Part shown: in pieces, positions 34,721-45,510 of the stretch | How positions within the stretch are numbered: the first letter of the stretch is position 1 | Layout of the letters: every line of letters begins with the position of its first letter | Source of the DNA: Leidyana gryllorum EB-2025a | Lineage: Eukaryota > Protista > Apicomplexa | Length of the DNA: 64,000 nucleotides | NCBI GenBank assembly: GCA_048772705.1 | Contig: JBLWGC010000230.1 | Coordinates: 1,550,001 to 1,614,000, forward strand | Reading direction: 5' to 3' | Made by a program: the position numbers and the translations under genes | Notes under the pieces: generated by a model | The model's input: the letters and a program-made list of their open reading frames with translations, nothing else | Databases searched by the model: none | Told to the model about the DNA's origin: nothing

Positions 34721-36655
34721 TTAATCCACCTCCTCAACAGTGGGACCGCCAGCGCCACCGGGCATACCGCCGGGCATCCCACCAGGCATTCCACCGGGCA
34801 TCCCACCCGGATTACCGGCCTGGTAGATCTTCGTCATGATAGGATTGCAAACAGCTTCAAGTTCCTTCTGCTTCGCTTCGAACTCCTCCTTCGACGCTGT
34901 TTCGTTAGCAGACAACCACGAGAGAACTTCTTCGCATTTTTTCTCAACAGTCTGGCGGTCGGCTTCGTCGACCTTCGATTTGATTTGCTCATCACTCATG
35001 GTGGCCTTCATTGAGTAGCAGTACTGCTCAACACCATTCTTCGCCTCAATGCGTTCCTTAACTTTCCGGTCCTCTTCGGCGAAGGTTTCAGCCTCCCTTA
35101 CCATACGGTCTATGTCGTTTTGAGACAGGCGACCCTTCTCGTTGGTGATGGTGATCTTGTTGGACTTGCCAGTGGCCTTCTCAACAGCAGAGACGTTGAG
35201 GATACCGTTGGCATCGACATCGAAGGTGACATCGATCTGAGGAACACCACGAGGGGCGGGGGGGATGCCATCAAGGTGGAATTTACCCAGAATGTTGTTG
35301 TCTTTGGTCATGGCACGCTCACCCTCGAAGACTTGGATGAGGACACCGGGCTGGTTGTCCGCGTAGGTGGTGAAAGTCTGAGTCTTCTTGGTGGGAATTG
35401 TGGTGTTACGCTCGATCAACTTGGTCATCACACCGCCAGCAGTCTCCAAACCGAGAGAGAGGGGAGCGACGTCGAGGAGAAGGAGGTCAGTGACCTTGGC
35501 TCCACCGGCATCGGTAAGGATAGCAGCCTGAACGGCAGCACCGTAGGCGACGGCCTCATCGGGGTTGATGGAACGGCAGGGCTCCTTGCCGTTGAAAGAG
35601 TCTTGGACGAGCTGTTTGATTTTTGGGATACGGGTAGAACCACCGACCAAGACGATCTCGTGGACGTCTTTTTTGGCGATGCCGGAGTCTTTGAGCACTT
35701 TATCGACGGGTTCCATACATTTGCGGAAGTAATCCATGTTGAGGTCCTCGAAACGGGCGCGAGTGATGCTCAGGTTGAAGTCCACGCCATCAACATCGAG
35801 CTCAATTGACGCTTGAGTGGCAGTCGACAATGTACGCTTGACACGTTCACACTGAGTGCGGAGACGACGCAGGGCACGCGGGTTCTGACGGAGGTCAGTC
35901 TTGTGCTTCTTCAGGAACTCGTTGACGCAGTAGTCAACAAGACGGTTGTCGAAGTCTTCACCACCGAGATGGGTGTCACCAGCAGTGGCCTTGACCTCGA
36001 AGATACCCTCTTCGATGGTGAGGAGGGAGACATCGAAAGTACCACCACCGAGATCGAAGATGAGGACGTTCTTCTCGCCGGCCTCAGACTTCTTATCCAA
36101 ACCGTAGGCGATGGCAGCGGCGGTGGGCTCGTTGATGATACGCAGAACTGTAAGACCAGCGATTTGTCCCGCATCTTTAGTAGCTTGGCGCTGAGAGTCG
36201 TTGAAATAGGCGGGGACGGTGATGACAGCTTGAGAAACAGCATGACCGACATAGGCTTCAGCAGTCTCCTTCATCTTAGTCAGAACCATAGCAGAGATCT
36301 CCTCAGGGTGGAAAGTCTTCTTCTGGCCCTGAAACTTGACTTCGATGAGGGGTTTGTCATCAGCTCCAGCGACAACTTTGAAAGGCCAGTGCTTGAGGTC
36401 GCTTTGGACGGCGGGGTCCTGGAATTTGCGACCGATGAGACGCTTGGCGTCGAAAACAGTGTTCTCGACGTTGCGAGCGAACTGGTTCTGAGCGGCCTCA
36501 CCAATCAGACGCTCAGTGTCAGTAAAGGCAACAACAGAAGGAGTGGTTCTGTTGCCTTGGTCGTTGGCGATGATTTCAACTCCTTCGTTCTTGAAGATAC
36601 CCACGCAGGAGTAGGTAGTACCAAGATCGATACCGATGGCGGTCTTGGCGGTCAT
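34721..36655 (-). CDS. HSP70: Cytosolic Hsp70 (copy 2), intronless
   Basis: All canonical Hsp70 signatures, GGMP repeats, PTVEEVD terminus; long tracts identical to copy 1. Confidence 0.99.
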   Translation of the reverse strand: MTAKTAIGIDLGTTYSCVGIFKNEGVEIIANDQGNRTTPSVVAFTDTERLIGEAAQNQFARNVENTVFDAKRLIGRKFQDPAVQSDLKHWPFKVVAGADDKPLIEVKFQGQKKTFHPEEISAMVLTKMKETAEAYVGHAVSQAVITVPAYFNDSQRQATKDAGQIAGLTVLRIINEPTAAAIAYGLDKKSEAGEKNVLIFDLGGGTFDVSLLTIEEGIFEVKATAGDTHLGGEDFDNRLVDYCVNEFLKKHKTDLRQNPRALRRLRTQCERVKRTLSTATQASIELDVDGVDFNLSITRARFEDLNMDYFRKCMEPVDKVLKDSGIAKKDVHEIVLVGGSTRIPKIKQLVQDSFNGKEPCRSINPDEAVAYGAAVQAAILTDAGGAKVTDLLLLDVAPLSLGLETAGGVMTKLIERNTTIPTKKTQTFTTYADNQPGVLIQVFEGERAMTKDNNILGKFHLDGIPPAPRGVPQIDVTFDVDANGILNVSAVEKATGKSNKITITNEKGRLSQNDIDRMVREAETFAEEDRKVKERIEAKNGVEQYCYSMKATMSDEQIKSKVDEADRQTVEKKCEEVLSWLSANETASKEEFEAKQKELEAVCNPIMTKIYQAGNPGGMPGGMPGGMPGGMPGGAGGPTVEEVD

Positions 36656-36987
36656 GGCTGGGGCTCAGCAATCGAAACAGTCACTTACAGGAAGATAGAG
36701 ATCCAAAGTTGATACAATTATCCAATCTATTTCTTAACCCAATAGAGTGTCCCGTCGTGTCTCCCGTGTCTCTGATGTGACAGTACGGTCTGCATCTGAA
36801 GCATATTGAAACACTGCGCACTTCGCTATGCTTCAACTCGCGACCAGACTCCGCGCTCGCGCGCCGGAGACTCCCCCTCGCAGGAAAGCAGTTGAGGAAA
36901 AGGTCGAGAGCCGCCGACGGATGGCCGTTGCCTTACGTCAGCAATTCCATCGCTAATTACCACCTAAAGCATAGTACAGCTACCACC

Positions 36988-38559
36988 ATGTTTACTGCTC
37001 AGGTTGAAAAGACTTCTTACCACGCGGCCCCCACTAAGAACGGTTCTACTTGGCTCACGCCCCGTTGTTTACCCGTTATTAATGACAACGGAACGGTTAT
37101 TGGTTCTGGTTGGTGCCTGGTACATAAGGGAGCCGTGGGTACCGTCCCGCCAAGCACTGCGCCCTCGGCCTCTCCTCGGTTCCAGAACCTTTCTGACCAG
37201 ACTCGTACCGCTGACTCATTAAGCGCGGTACCAAAGGCTACTGCGTTTGTCGATGAGACCAAAGAGTTGTTCGGCTCCTTCAGAGCCAACATGTCTACCC
37301 TCGTCTCTTCCTTCTCCACACGACTGCCGGCACCCGCTCTGGCTCTGATCCACAGAGCTATCCAGAGCACCCTTGACCCCGAGCTCTTCTCCGTCAGGGT
37401 CCACCAAAGCGCGTGGGTCAATGCCACGTCGACGGCCGTCAAACATGCGACAATCTACACGAACGATTGTTTGAATTATATCCACAAAGCTCTGTCGGCT
37501 TCACTCGGAGCCTCAGAAATCCAAGCGCTGAATGAACTCGTACACACATACACTGAAAGTGTGAACGAGCTGTCAGTGGGACACCGTCAAAATCTGGCCT
37601 GTGTCATCAACAACCTCGAAGCTGAGGAGGAAACATTTGATGGTCGAATGACCGAAATGATGGATTCTCTGATGACAGAGCTGACCGAACTTCTCGTGAG
37701 TCTTCAGGAGAAAGCTGAAATGACGCCTCCCCGTTCAAAGTACTTGGAGCACTCGGGGCTCCACCCCGAGCCGATGTGCTCTCCCAAGTCGACGTCCCCC
37801 ATCGACAACACTCTCGATACTCTCAGCGCTTTCCCCACTTTCCAGTACAGAGAGGCACAGACTGCTGTTCCCGCTGAAGTGACGGAACGTCAAACTTCCA
37901 TCATCAGCTCGGATCTGAAAAGCAGAGAGTCGTCTTGCGAACCGGAAGACTTGGATCTGTCCCCAGTCTACACCTCCCAGTCTCCTGAAACCAGCAGCAT
38001 TCACCCCACCACAATCTATAGTGGCTTCCACAGCCCGATGCACGCAGCCTCTCCTTATCTCCCGACTGTGACCAGTCGCAGACTTCCAGTGGCTAAACGG
38101 CTAACCGAGTCTATGTGTGATGCAGACAGGGACAAGAGGAGGGCCGAATACATCTCCTCGCGAGAGAAACGGCGTCGAGTTATCAGTACGGCTCGCTCGA
38201 GCGTCTATCTCTCTCACAAAACGGCACATGAGCAGGTACGCACAGAGAGGGACCATCGTCATCAGAGATTGATGGCACTTGAAAAGGAACGTCTGGCGGC
38301 GATTCGTCGCCGGCTAGCTGAGAGGAAGATAAGAAGATTGACCCGACGGCAGCCATCTCAACGGACCCCCTCCTCCTCGGTTCCCCCTCCCAATCCATCA
38401 GAAGCAGCAGAGTTGCCGCCCAATCCGACCTCCAACTGCTCTGCCATCCGCCAATGTGTCAACAGAACACTATCTCTCTTTGTGCATCTCCACCCGATGC
38501 AGTGTGTGGTTAATCTCACTCGCAGAGCGAAGTCTCTCCACAGCAGATTGGTCCAATAG
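36988..38559 (+). CDS. Hypothetical protein with helical middle and Arg-rich coiled-coil near the C-terminus
   Basis: Long ORF; first ATG (ACCACCATG) at 36988; divergent from Hsp70 copy 2; no domain recognised. Confidence 0.65.
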   Translation: MFTAQVEKTSYHAAPTKNGSTWLTPRCLPVINDNGTVIGSGWCLVHKGAVGTVPPSTAPSASPRFQNLSDQTRTADSLSAVPKATAFVDETKELFGSFRANMSTLVSSFSTRLPAPALALIHRAIQSTLDPELFSVRVHQSAWVNATSTAVKHATIYTNDCLNYIHKALSASLGASEIQALNELVHTYTESVNELSVGHRQNLACVINNLEAEEETFDGRMTEMMDSLMTELTELLVSLQEKAEMTPPRSKYLEHSGLHPEPMCSPKSTSPIDNTLDTLSAFPTFQYREAQTAVPAEVTERQTSIISSDLKSRESSCEPEDLDLSPVYTSQSPETSSIHPTTIYSGFHSPMHAASPYLPTVTSRRLPVAKRLTESMCDADRDKRRAEYISSREKRRRVISTARSSVYLSHKTAHEQVRTERDHRHQRLMALEKERLAAIRRRLAERKIRRLTRRQPSQRTPSSSVPPPNPSEAAELPPNPTSNCSAIRQCVNRTLSLFVHLHPMQCVVNLTRRAKSLHSRLVQ

Positions 38560-39225
38560 ATCTTCGAATATCAATTTTCCAACAGATGAGAGAGAGAGCA
38601 CTCTGATGATTATCGACCGATATATATATTCACTATGATTATCAAATTGAATTGGATTCCACTGTTCTTCAATGCTGTTTGTAATTGTTTAGGCTTTGTA
38701 AAGCTGAACTCGTAGAAAATCAAAGTTTGTCCCATATTACACTATCTGCAGCGCTCAACAAACAAAGCTCGGCCTCAACGAACAAAGCTCGACTCCCACG
38801 AACAAAGCTCGTTCGAGGAGAGGGCAGAGCACCGGGTCACTCATCACAAAAGTACTCAGACAAATTCACAGATCCATTGTTTGACGACAAACAAAGATTG
38901 TCAACTATACACAGTACCCCCGTCGCGCACCCAAGCGGTGGTTATGAACGTATGTCTGCACCGACTTGGCTCCCTGCCGTCAACCCCTCTCTCCTCTCTC
39001 CTCTCTTCATCCACTGGGTGCTCACGATTTCGAAATCTCGTCAAACATGTTGGCTATTTGTCGTCCCAAAGTCGCGGAGCGCGGCTCAGATTGGCTCTCG
39101 TGATCGCGCCACATCGGAGAGAAAAGGGTCTCGGGAGAAGAGGTCCCGATCGCCTTGTCACAGTCAGCCTTGACTCTCCTGTCAAACCCAATCACACCTA
39201 ACGCTCCCCAGCAATCGCAAGGCTC

Positions 39226-41811
39226 ATGACAGCCACTCCCGTCCCCACCATCCACTTATCTTCTCCCGGCACTTTGGCTGATGCTGGTCCCACCCGGGGC
39301 GTCACAGACGCCCTCAGAAAGGATGCCGATCCACATTTTACCATTTCGGAGGGTCAGCACGGGATTGCATACGCGTTGCCGAAACCAGCGCCACACTGCC
39401 GATTGCCGCGGTCGGTCATGAAACCGGCAGAACTTCGCAAGTTTTGCGAGCACATCCAGCAGGGCGGGCTGGAGAAGGCAACGCACTTACCCCAGGGACC
39501 TCGAATGGTGATCAACGACACAACGGCAACAGTGATGTGGGAAGATCTCGATCCTGGTATTGCACACCTCATTCTCCAAGTATATGAGAAACTCAAAAAC
39601 AGGTTCGAGAACCCAATGGCGACACCCCCCACTGGTGGCTGGTACTCGGCAGCGTCACGGTTCCAACGGGGTCCTTCTTATGAACGTCCTCCTCCTCGTC
39701 CCTCTTGGCGCGCTACGACCGCGCCCCCCACACAGGAGGACCTCTCATCCGGTGGACCTGATGCCACTGAGTCATCAAACCCACCAATCCCAAAACCTGA
39801 CGACTCGGTCACTCCAAAGCAACGCGGGGTGGTACACTCAAATACGCAGCCTGATCAATCCGCTGCCAACCCATCGAATCCTTCTATACGTCCACCCATG
39901 ACGCCCACACAGACCAAGCGATCACTTCCCACGCACCGACAAGTCCCCAATGAATCAGCGCTCCCGCTGACGACTACCGCCTCTCCGGACCGGTCGCCGC
40001 CGGGCCCGCCCAACCGTCTCCGACCTCGCTGTGTCAGCCCTCTGGCGACACCCATTGATTCCGAAAAGTCACCAAGCGGCCTGAGTTCATCTAGCGACTT
40101 TGGGATCGCGCCTCCACCCAAACTCGCTGATTCACCATCGCAACAGAAACTCAGACGCCTCGGTAGTCTCCCAGTTCCGGCCGCCACGAATTACACCCCC
40201 GTCTTCATCAAGATGGACAGCGCACCTGCTCATGTCAATATAATACCTCCGCATGTCACAGGTGTTTACCCCTTCGATCTCACCAAACATCTCAAGATTC
40301 CCGATTTCGCGGTCATCACACCGTCCCAAACCTCTCACAACGGATCTCAGTGGTCCAATCACTCACTCTTGCTGAGTGGGGAAAAGACTTTCAAGTCACG
40401 CCTGGCCAAACACAAACCTTCACCTCCGAGGCAGGAGGCCGTGACTCAGTCAGCAGTGGCTGTTACCGCAGCTCGTGGCGTACCAGAGACCACTGTCGCC
40501 CCATCCGCACTCCCAGCTGCCCCCACCAGAGTCCGCACTGTCAGATTCGCCACGTACAATGAGTTTGTGAACCCTCCAGCTCCAGCATCATCACCACCGG
40601 TCCCCAGCTTTGCAGCCCCTCTCACCGGCAGTACCAGACGCCCAGCCAGACAGCGTGGGCGACTCACTCCTGCTAATCCCCCCCTCGTCTCTGCACTCCG
40701 AGCCACCAAAGCTCCTCCGGGCCGCACACTGCCTCCGCGAACACCATCTCACCCCTCAGTTTCGAATCGCTGCAGGTCGTCAATAGGTTCACCTTCAGTT
40801 CTTTCTAGCGGGCTTCCAACCACACGGAACCTCAAAGCCTCTCGACCGGTGGTGTCCGCGGCGCGGCCGCCTAAACCCGCTCTGAAGTCTCAAAGTGTCG
40901 TTGCAGCACCTCCTTCCCCGGACCCACCTCCACGTGTCTTGAGATTGACGAAACCTCTCAATCTCACAGCCATAGAGGTCGACAGCAGCGAAACTGACTC
41001 CATTATCTCTCCCTTCAAGCCTCAGCCAGCTGGGAAATCCACCAAGGTTGGTGCAGGCTTCCCTCAACTTGGGGCTAATAAGCAGCTTAGCCTCCCGGTC
41101 GGCTCTGCGTCAACAGAGCAGAAAGCAGACAAAGTCCCCCGCTGGAACGATGCCGGCTTCGCGAAGATCAAAGCGAATTGTGCCATCGTAAGTGCCACAC
41201 TTGCCGCCAATCAAGACATTTACGCCAACTACAATCCATATGGCCGCAATCAGAATGGAGGTCACCCAATATCCTATAACGCCATGCTCGAAGAGCTCAG
41301 CCGGCTACCAACTAGATCGTCCGTGGTACAACCGGCAGCAGGATTGGTCGACACCCCAGCTGTGACACGTGCATTTGTGACATCAAGGGCGCCTTTGATC
41401 ACAAACCGGTCGCGTTCCACCTGCCCCACGACCCCACTCGACAGCGCCTTGCCCACTCAGCGTAGGCCGCAGGTCCGGTCTCTGATTTCGCGACCGCAAC
41501 CTTCGGCCACTCGTAACGTGGCAAAGCCAGAGCCTCTTGGGATGCAACCGACCTACTTGCAAAGTCCACACACCCGGTTAGAAGACACTGCTTTGGAACG
41601 AGCACCGATCTTCAATCCCCCACCATTGCGAGGAGGACCGCCGCCAAGAATTAAGGCTCTGGAAGCTCCAAAGATGTCAGTGCGCTTACCCAATTTCGTG
41701 AAAGTCAGATTAAAGAATGCAGAGGAGTTAAGAGCTCGGGCTGAGGCTGAGAAAGCTGAGCGGCAAGCTCGAAGAATGCAAACAGAAAAACCAAGAGGAT
41801 TCATACATTGA
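39226..41811 (+). CDS. Hypothetical Pro/Ser/Thr-rich disordered protein (861 aa)
   Basis: Uninterrupted 2.6-kb ORF, low complexity, short charged C-terminal helix. Confidence 0.7.
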   Translation: MTATPVPTIHLSSPGTLADAGPTRGVTDALRKDADPHFTISEGQHGIAYALPKPAPHCRLPRSVMKPAELRKFCEHIQQGGLEKATHLPQGPRMVINDTTATVMWEDLDPGIAHLILQVYEKLKNRFENPMATPPTGGWYSAASRFQRGPSYERPPPRPSWRATTAPPTQEDLSSGGPDATESSNPPIPKPDDSVTPKQRGVVHSNTQPDQSAANPSNPSIRPPMTPTQTKRSLPTHRQVPNESALPLTTTASPDRSPPGPPNRLRPRCVSPLATPIDSEKSPSGLSSSSDFGIAPPPKLADSPSQQKLRRLGSLPVPAATNYTPVFIKMDSAPAHVNIIPPHVTGVYPFDLTKHLKIPDFAVITPSQTSHNGSQWSNHSLLLSGEKTFKSRLAKHKPSPPRQEAVTQSAVAVTAARGVPETTVAPSALPAAPTRVRTVRFATYNEFVNPPAPASSPPVPSFAAPLTGSTRRPARQRGRLTPANPPLVSALRATKAPPGRTLPPRTPSHPSVSNRCRSSIGSPSVLSSGLPTTRNLKASRPVVSAARPPKPALKSQSVVAAPPSPDPPPRVLRLTKPLNLTAIEVDSSETDSIISPFKPQPAGKSTKVGAGFPQLGANKQLSLPVGSASTEQKADKVPRWNDAGFAKIKANCAIVSATLAANQDIYANYNPYGRNQNGGHPISYNAMLEELSRLPTRSSVVQPAAGLVDTPAVTRAFVTSRAPLITNRSRSTCPTTPLDSALPTQRRPQVRSLISRPQPSATRNVAKPEPLGMQPTYLQSPHTRLEDTALERAPIFNPPPLRGGPPPRIKALEAPKMSVRLPNFVKVRLKNAEELRARAEAEKAERQARRMQTEKPRGFIH

Positions 41812-41841
41812 TTGAGCACATGTGCAATAAGTTATGCGCAT

Positions 41842-43576
41842 TCAAATATCGTTGCCCTGTAAACTCCAGTACGTACTATGAGGTAGGAATAGTTTCTTCG
41901 CCACCTTCAAGTTCTGCACCTGAGTAATGTTGAATTGGGAATGTGACCGTTTGATGGACGGCCACTCGAAGCCTTTCTTTGGCGAACAAAGGGCCAGGCC
42001 TGTCCGCGCGTGACGAATCTCTAAGCAGCTAGTCCGTTTGCTGCTGTGCAGCTCCAGCACGCAGTGATCCAGGGAAGCGACCACTTGATCCGGTGCTAAG
42101 AGTTGGAACTGGCGCGCTCTACTGCGTAGCTGGAGGAAACTTCGGAAGGAAAACATTCGGATAGATGCTCCCGATGCCAAGTAGCAACCCGTGTATCGTC
42201 TCGGACAATCCAAGTCGGTATTTCTTTGGGTGCAAGGCTCGCTCTGGCCGATATACTGAAGCATGGAGAGAGTACGGCCTGTGGATGGGCTTTGAAAACT
42301 CATTCTCCACAGAGCTCTGCCTCCACATCCGCAAGGCCAAGCACCCGAGATTGCCCGCCAGGATACATGTGTCCCCGGGCATAAGGTCTGCACAGAGTGA
42401 AAGAACGAACTTTCTCAATCGTACCTTTGCTCCACACTGGCTTCCGATGCACACTACGGCTTCCTCATTAAATTGGATGGGAAGAGGCGTAGCATTCATG
42501 TAAGCAAAGAGCAAAGCGCTTAAGAGAGGGTCCGGCGGCACTGCAGGCTCACCGACATACATTGTCGCATTTTGGGTCAGCACATTCTCATTGCAACGTT
42601 CGAAATCGAGCGGGGCGGTGTTAGCAACCAATCGCATGACAATCGTGTGGTGTGTGCGATGGCCGGTTCCACGGAGAAGCATAGAACCGCATTCGGCAGA
42701 AATACATGTTGGATGTTCAGTGCTAGCGACCAACTGCTGATAATGGTCAAAACTGCTTCAACAAAAATGAGCTGGCTGGATTGGGGTGTCCTGCAAGCAA
42801 AAGGTTTCCTCCCCAGAATAAGATGACGAGAGCTTGCATATAAGACAGGATACTAGTAGTGCACTCCGATTCGCTAACTGCATTTTCTTGTAAGTTCTGT
42901 AAATTAGTAGTACGTGGAGGTGGCAGGCCTTCCGTGATGCTTATAGATGGTATGTAGTATCTCATAGTCTGCCGCATTGAAATACCCGCATATTAGATTA
43001 CAGTGATCAGCCATAACTCGGGCGCAATAACGTGAGTGTTTATGTTCACTTTCATGCATAAGGGGTGGTCTTGATGGCAGTCGAATATCCGCCCGACCGC
43101 CCGAGGATTGAGTGAGTAGTGGGTGAGCATCGCGACTTGGATCAATATCGAGTGGCAGATTCGGTAGCCGTCTGGGAAGGTCATACTCGCAATGACCCTC
43201 TCAGTCACAGACGTGGGCATCCATCTCTATTTATTGATTGCAGAGGAAGCTGTCACCTCCAGACGAGTCGCAGCAGTAGCGCTGCGAAGCCTAGATATTG
43301 AGTACACATATTCACGTATTGCAGCCTTGTACCACGCTTGTTGACAGCGTGCTGGTCTCAAGGCTGCACACGATAGAGAATGAAGTGAAAGTGACCGCCA
43401 CAGATGTTGAAATGTGTATTTCAGCCAGCATGACTGCGCATAGTGGGAGCGAAGAGTGCGGAGGCCAGCCGTGTTAGTTGTCAAGTAGTCGCAACCTTAT
43501 CAACTTCGGATCTCAGTTCCAAACTGGAAGATCAACAGGAGAAGAAGTAGATTGTTCCCCCCTGTCACCTAAACAT
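41842..43576 (-). CDS. Possible intron-rich hypothetical gene (structure unresolved)
   Basis: Consecutive minus-strand ORF pieces (43227-43484, 42993-43220, 42747-42977, 42119-42733, 41842-42393) separated by plausible short GT-AG introns; no homology recognised. Confidence 0.35.
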
Positions 43577-43587
43577 CTTCCATGAAT

Positions 43588-44808
43588 TCAGGCGAAGGGT
43601 CTGGTTTCATCGACTAAAATCTTGTCCTTAAAGCTCACACTCAGCCGGCGCATTGACAATGCCGCGTGTATGGCCGCTCCTTGTGCTACAGCAACATCAG
43701 CGTCGAGCGACTGCCAATCTATTTTAGCATTGGGAAAGTATTCGGCCATAGCGGCGCGGACACAGGGCATTTTGGTCGTCCCCCCGACCAGAATCACCTT
43801 GTCTATCTGCGCAGAAATATAGTTACTTTGAGAGAAGAGATTATCCAGTACATCAGCGCATTTCGATATGAGAGAGAGGCTGAGGAATTCAACGTCTTTG
43901 CGAGTAATCCACATTTCAAAGTCGATGTCTTGGTACAAATGCTCGATATCAATAAGGCAGCTTTCAGTAAACGCCAACTTGCGTTTCACTCTCTCGCACT
44001 GCCAACGTAGTGCACGCATGCTCCGCGGGTGATCCGTTAGATCCACAGCGTATCTTTTTTGGAACTCCCGTATACACTCGTCCACCAGTAAATCCGTAAT
44101 CTGAGCGCCGCCCACACAAGGAGTGCCAACGCACGCTTTCACCCGTATAATGTCGTCGTCGACCGTGACTATGGCCGTGTCCAGCTTGAAGGCGCCCAAG
44201 TCGAAGATCACCAAGGTCTCGGTCTCGATCTCCTCTTCACGCCTCGTGTGACAGTAGGCAATGGCTCCTAATGAACATGCACTCGTCATACGGATACCCT
44301 GAGAGAACCCTGCCTTCTGCCCGGCCTCTCTCAAGATATCACGCTGCTCCTCCGTGAAAAAAGAAGGCACACTGATCACAGCCGACGTCGCCTTCCGATC
44401 CACAAAGGCTGCCTCCGCCAACAGCTTGAGCTCCTCCAAAAGAATTGCACAGATCTCCATAGGACTGTACAGTATCTCCTCAGTACCAATACGAACTGGG
44501 ATCACGATCTCCCCGGTCCGGTCAGTTTGAAGCTCATGAGCCCATCGCTGACTGGTGTATTGGACAATGAAGTTCTCTAATGGTCGCCCAATCAAGCTCT
44601 TCACGTCGAAAATGGTACTATCAGGCCGAATACTCGCCATATGCTTCGCATCATCGCCCACGAACACTTCACCGCCGATGAAACTTAAGCAGGCCGGCGT
44701 CAGACGCCGACCCAACTCATTGCATAGTATGCGTACATCGGTCCCAACAACCACCCCAACGCAACAGTTCCACCCGCCAAAGTCAATACCAATACCCAAA
44801 TCGCTCAT
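43588..44808 (-). CDS. Atypical NBD-only Hsp70-like protein
   Basis: MSDLGIGIDFGGWNCCVG, RLTPACLSF, IFDVKSLIGR, AVISVPSFF, IFDLGAFKLD, LVGGTTKMP, AVAQGAA; stops about 20 aa after the NBD. Confidence 0.88.
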   Translation of the reverse strand: MSDLGIGIDFGGWNCCVGVVVGTDVRILCNELGRRLTPACLSFIGGEVFVGDDAKHMASIRPDSTIFDVKSLIGRPLENFIVQYTSQRWAHELQTDRTGEIVIPVRIGTEEILYSPMEICAILLEELKLLAEAAFVDRKATSAVISVPSFFTEEQRDILREAGQKAGFSQGIRMTSACSLGAIAYCHTRREEEIETETLVIFDLGAFKLDTAIVTVDDDIIRVKACVGTPCVGGAQITDLLVDECIREFQKRYAVDLTDHPRSMRALRWQCERVKRKLAFTESCLIDIEHLYQDIDFEMWITRKDVEFLSLSLISKCADVLDNLFSQSNYISAQIDKVILVGGTTKMPCVRAAMAEYFPNAKIDWQSLDADVAVAQGAAIHAALSMRRLSVSFKDKILVDETRPFA

Positions 44809-44816
44809 CGCAAAAT

Positions 44817-45404
44817 TCACATCGCGTACTCCACCGTGTACATTCTTGCTAGCGAGTTGAACCCCTCCATATCCCCCGAACGAACTAAGTTCCCTACACA
44901 CCCGTTACAGTGCCGTCCTACACGCTCTCTCCACTCACCAGCATCGCAGTTCAGAGGACTGTCACCGTTAGGTTCTGACAAAAGCAACAGTATCGCGCGA
45001 CACACGAACTGTATAGTCCACACAGGCGTCCATGCCGTCTTCAAAACATCCAAACAGATCTCCCCTGTATTCCAGTGCACATTTGGGTGGAAGATGGGAG
45101 TGACAAAGTGTACGCTAGGTGGCGCCATTGGATATGTTGTGGGACACCGCACCCGTAACTTGAATCGCCCCCCCTGATACACATGACGGTCAGCACTTCG
45201 ATTTCTGCAAACGCTCACCTCGTACGGAGTGTCTTGCGGTCCCTGTATCTCTGCTTCCCATTCGAAGAGTGAGTTGTCGCTGCAAAGCACGATTCACCCC
45301 TCGCAAATACACCTCACTCACGATACGGTCAGCTTTATGTCACTTTCGGGGTGGTTTTGGTGCTCTCTCACTTCGCGAATCAGTCGCCCACATGCGTCCG
45401 CCAT
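44817..45404 (-). CDS. PEX4: Ubiquitin-conjugating enzyme E2, PEX4/UBC21-like, 4 exons
   Basis: Spliced: MADACGRLIREV...WEAEIQGPQDTPYEGGRF...FHPNVHWNTGEICLDVLKTAWTPVWT...DSPLNCDAGNLVRSGDMEGFNSLARMYT; catalytic Cys present; the C-terminal SPLNCDxGNLxRSGD pattern is recalled as typical of plant/protist PEX4. Confidence 0.8.
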
Positions 45405-45510
45405 TTGCTTTTAACCACTTTCGGAGAACCGAATCATGGAAAAGTCAACCATTCCCCTCTCAATGACCAGTCCGCCTCCTCCTGGGCCATCCATCACCCC
45501 TATTCGAAAC

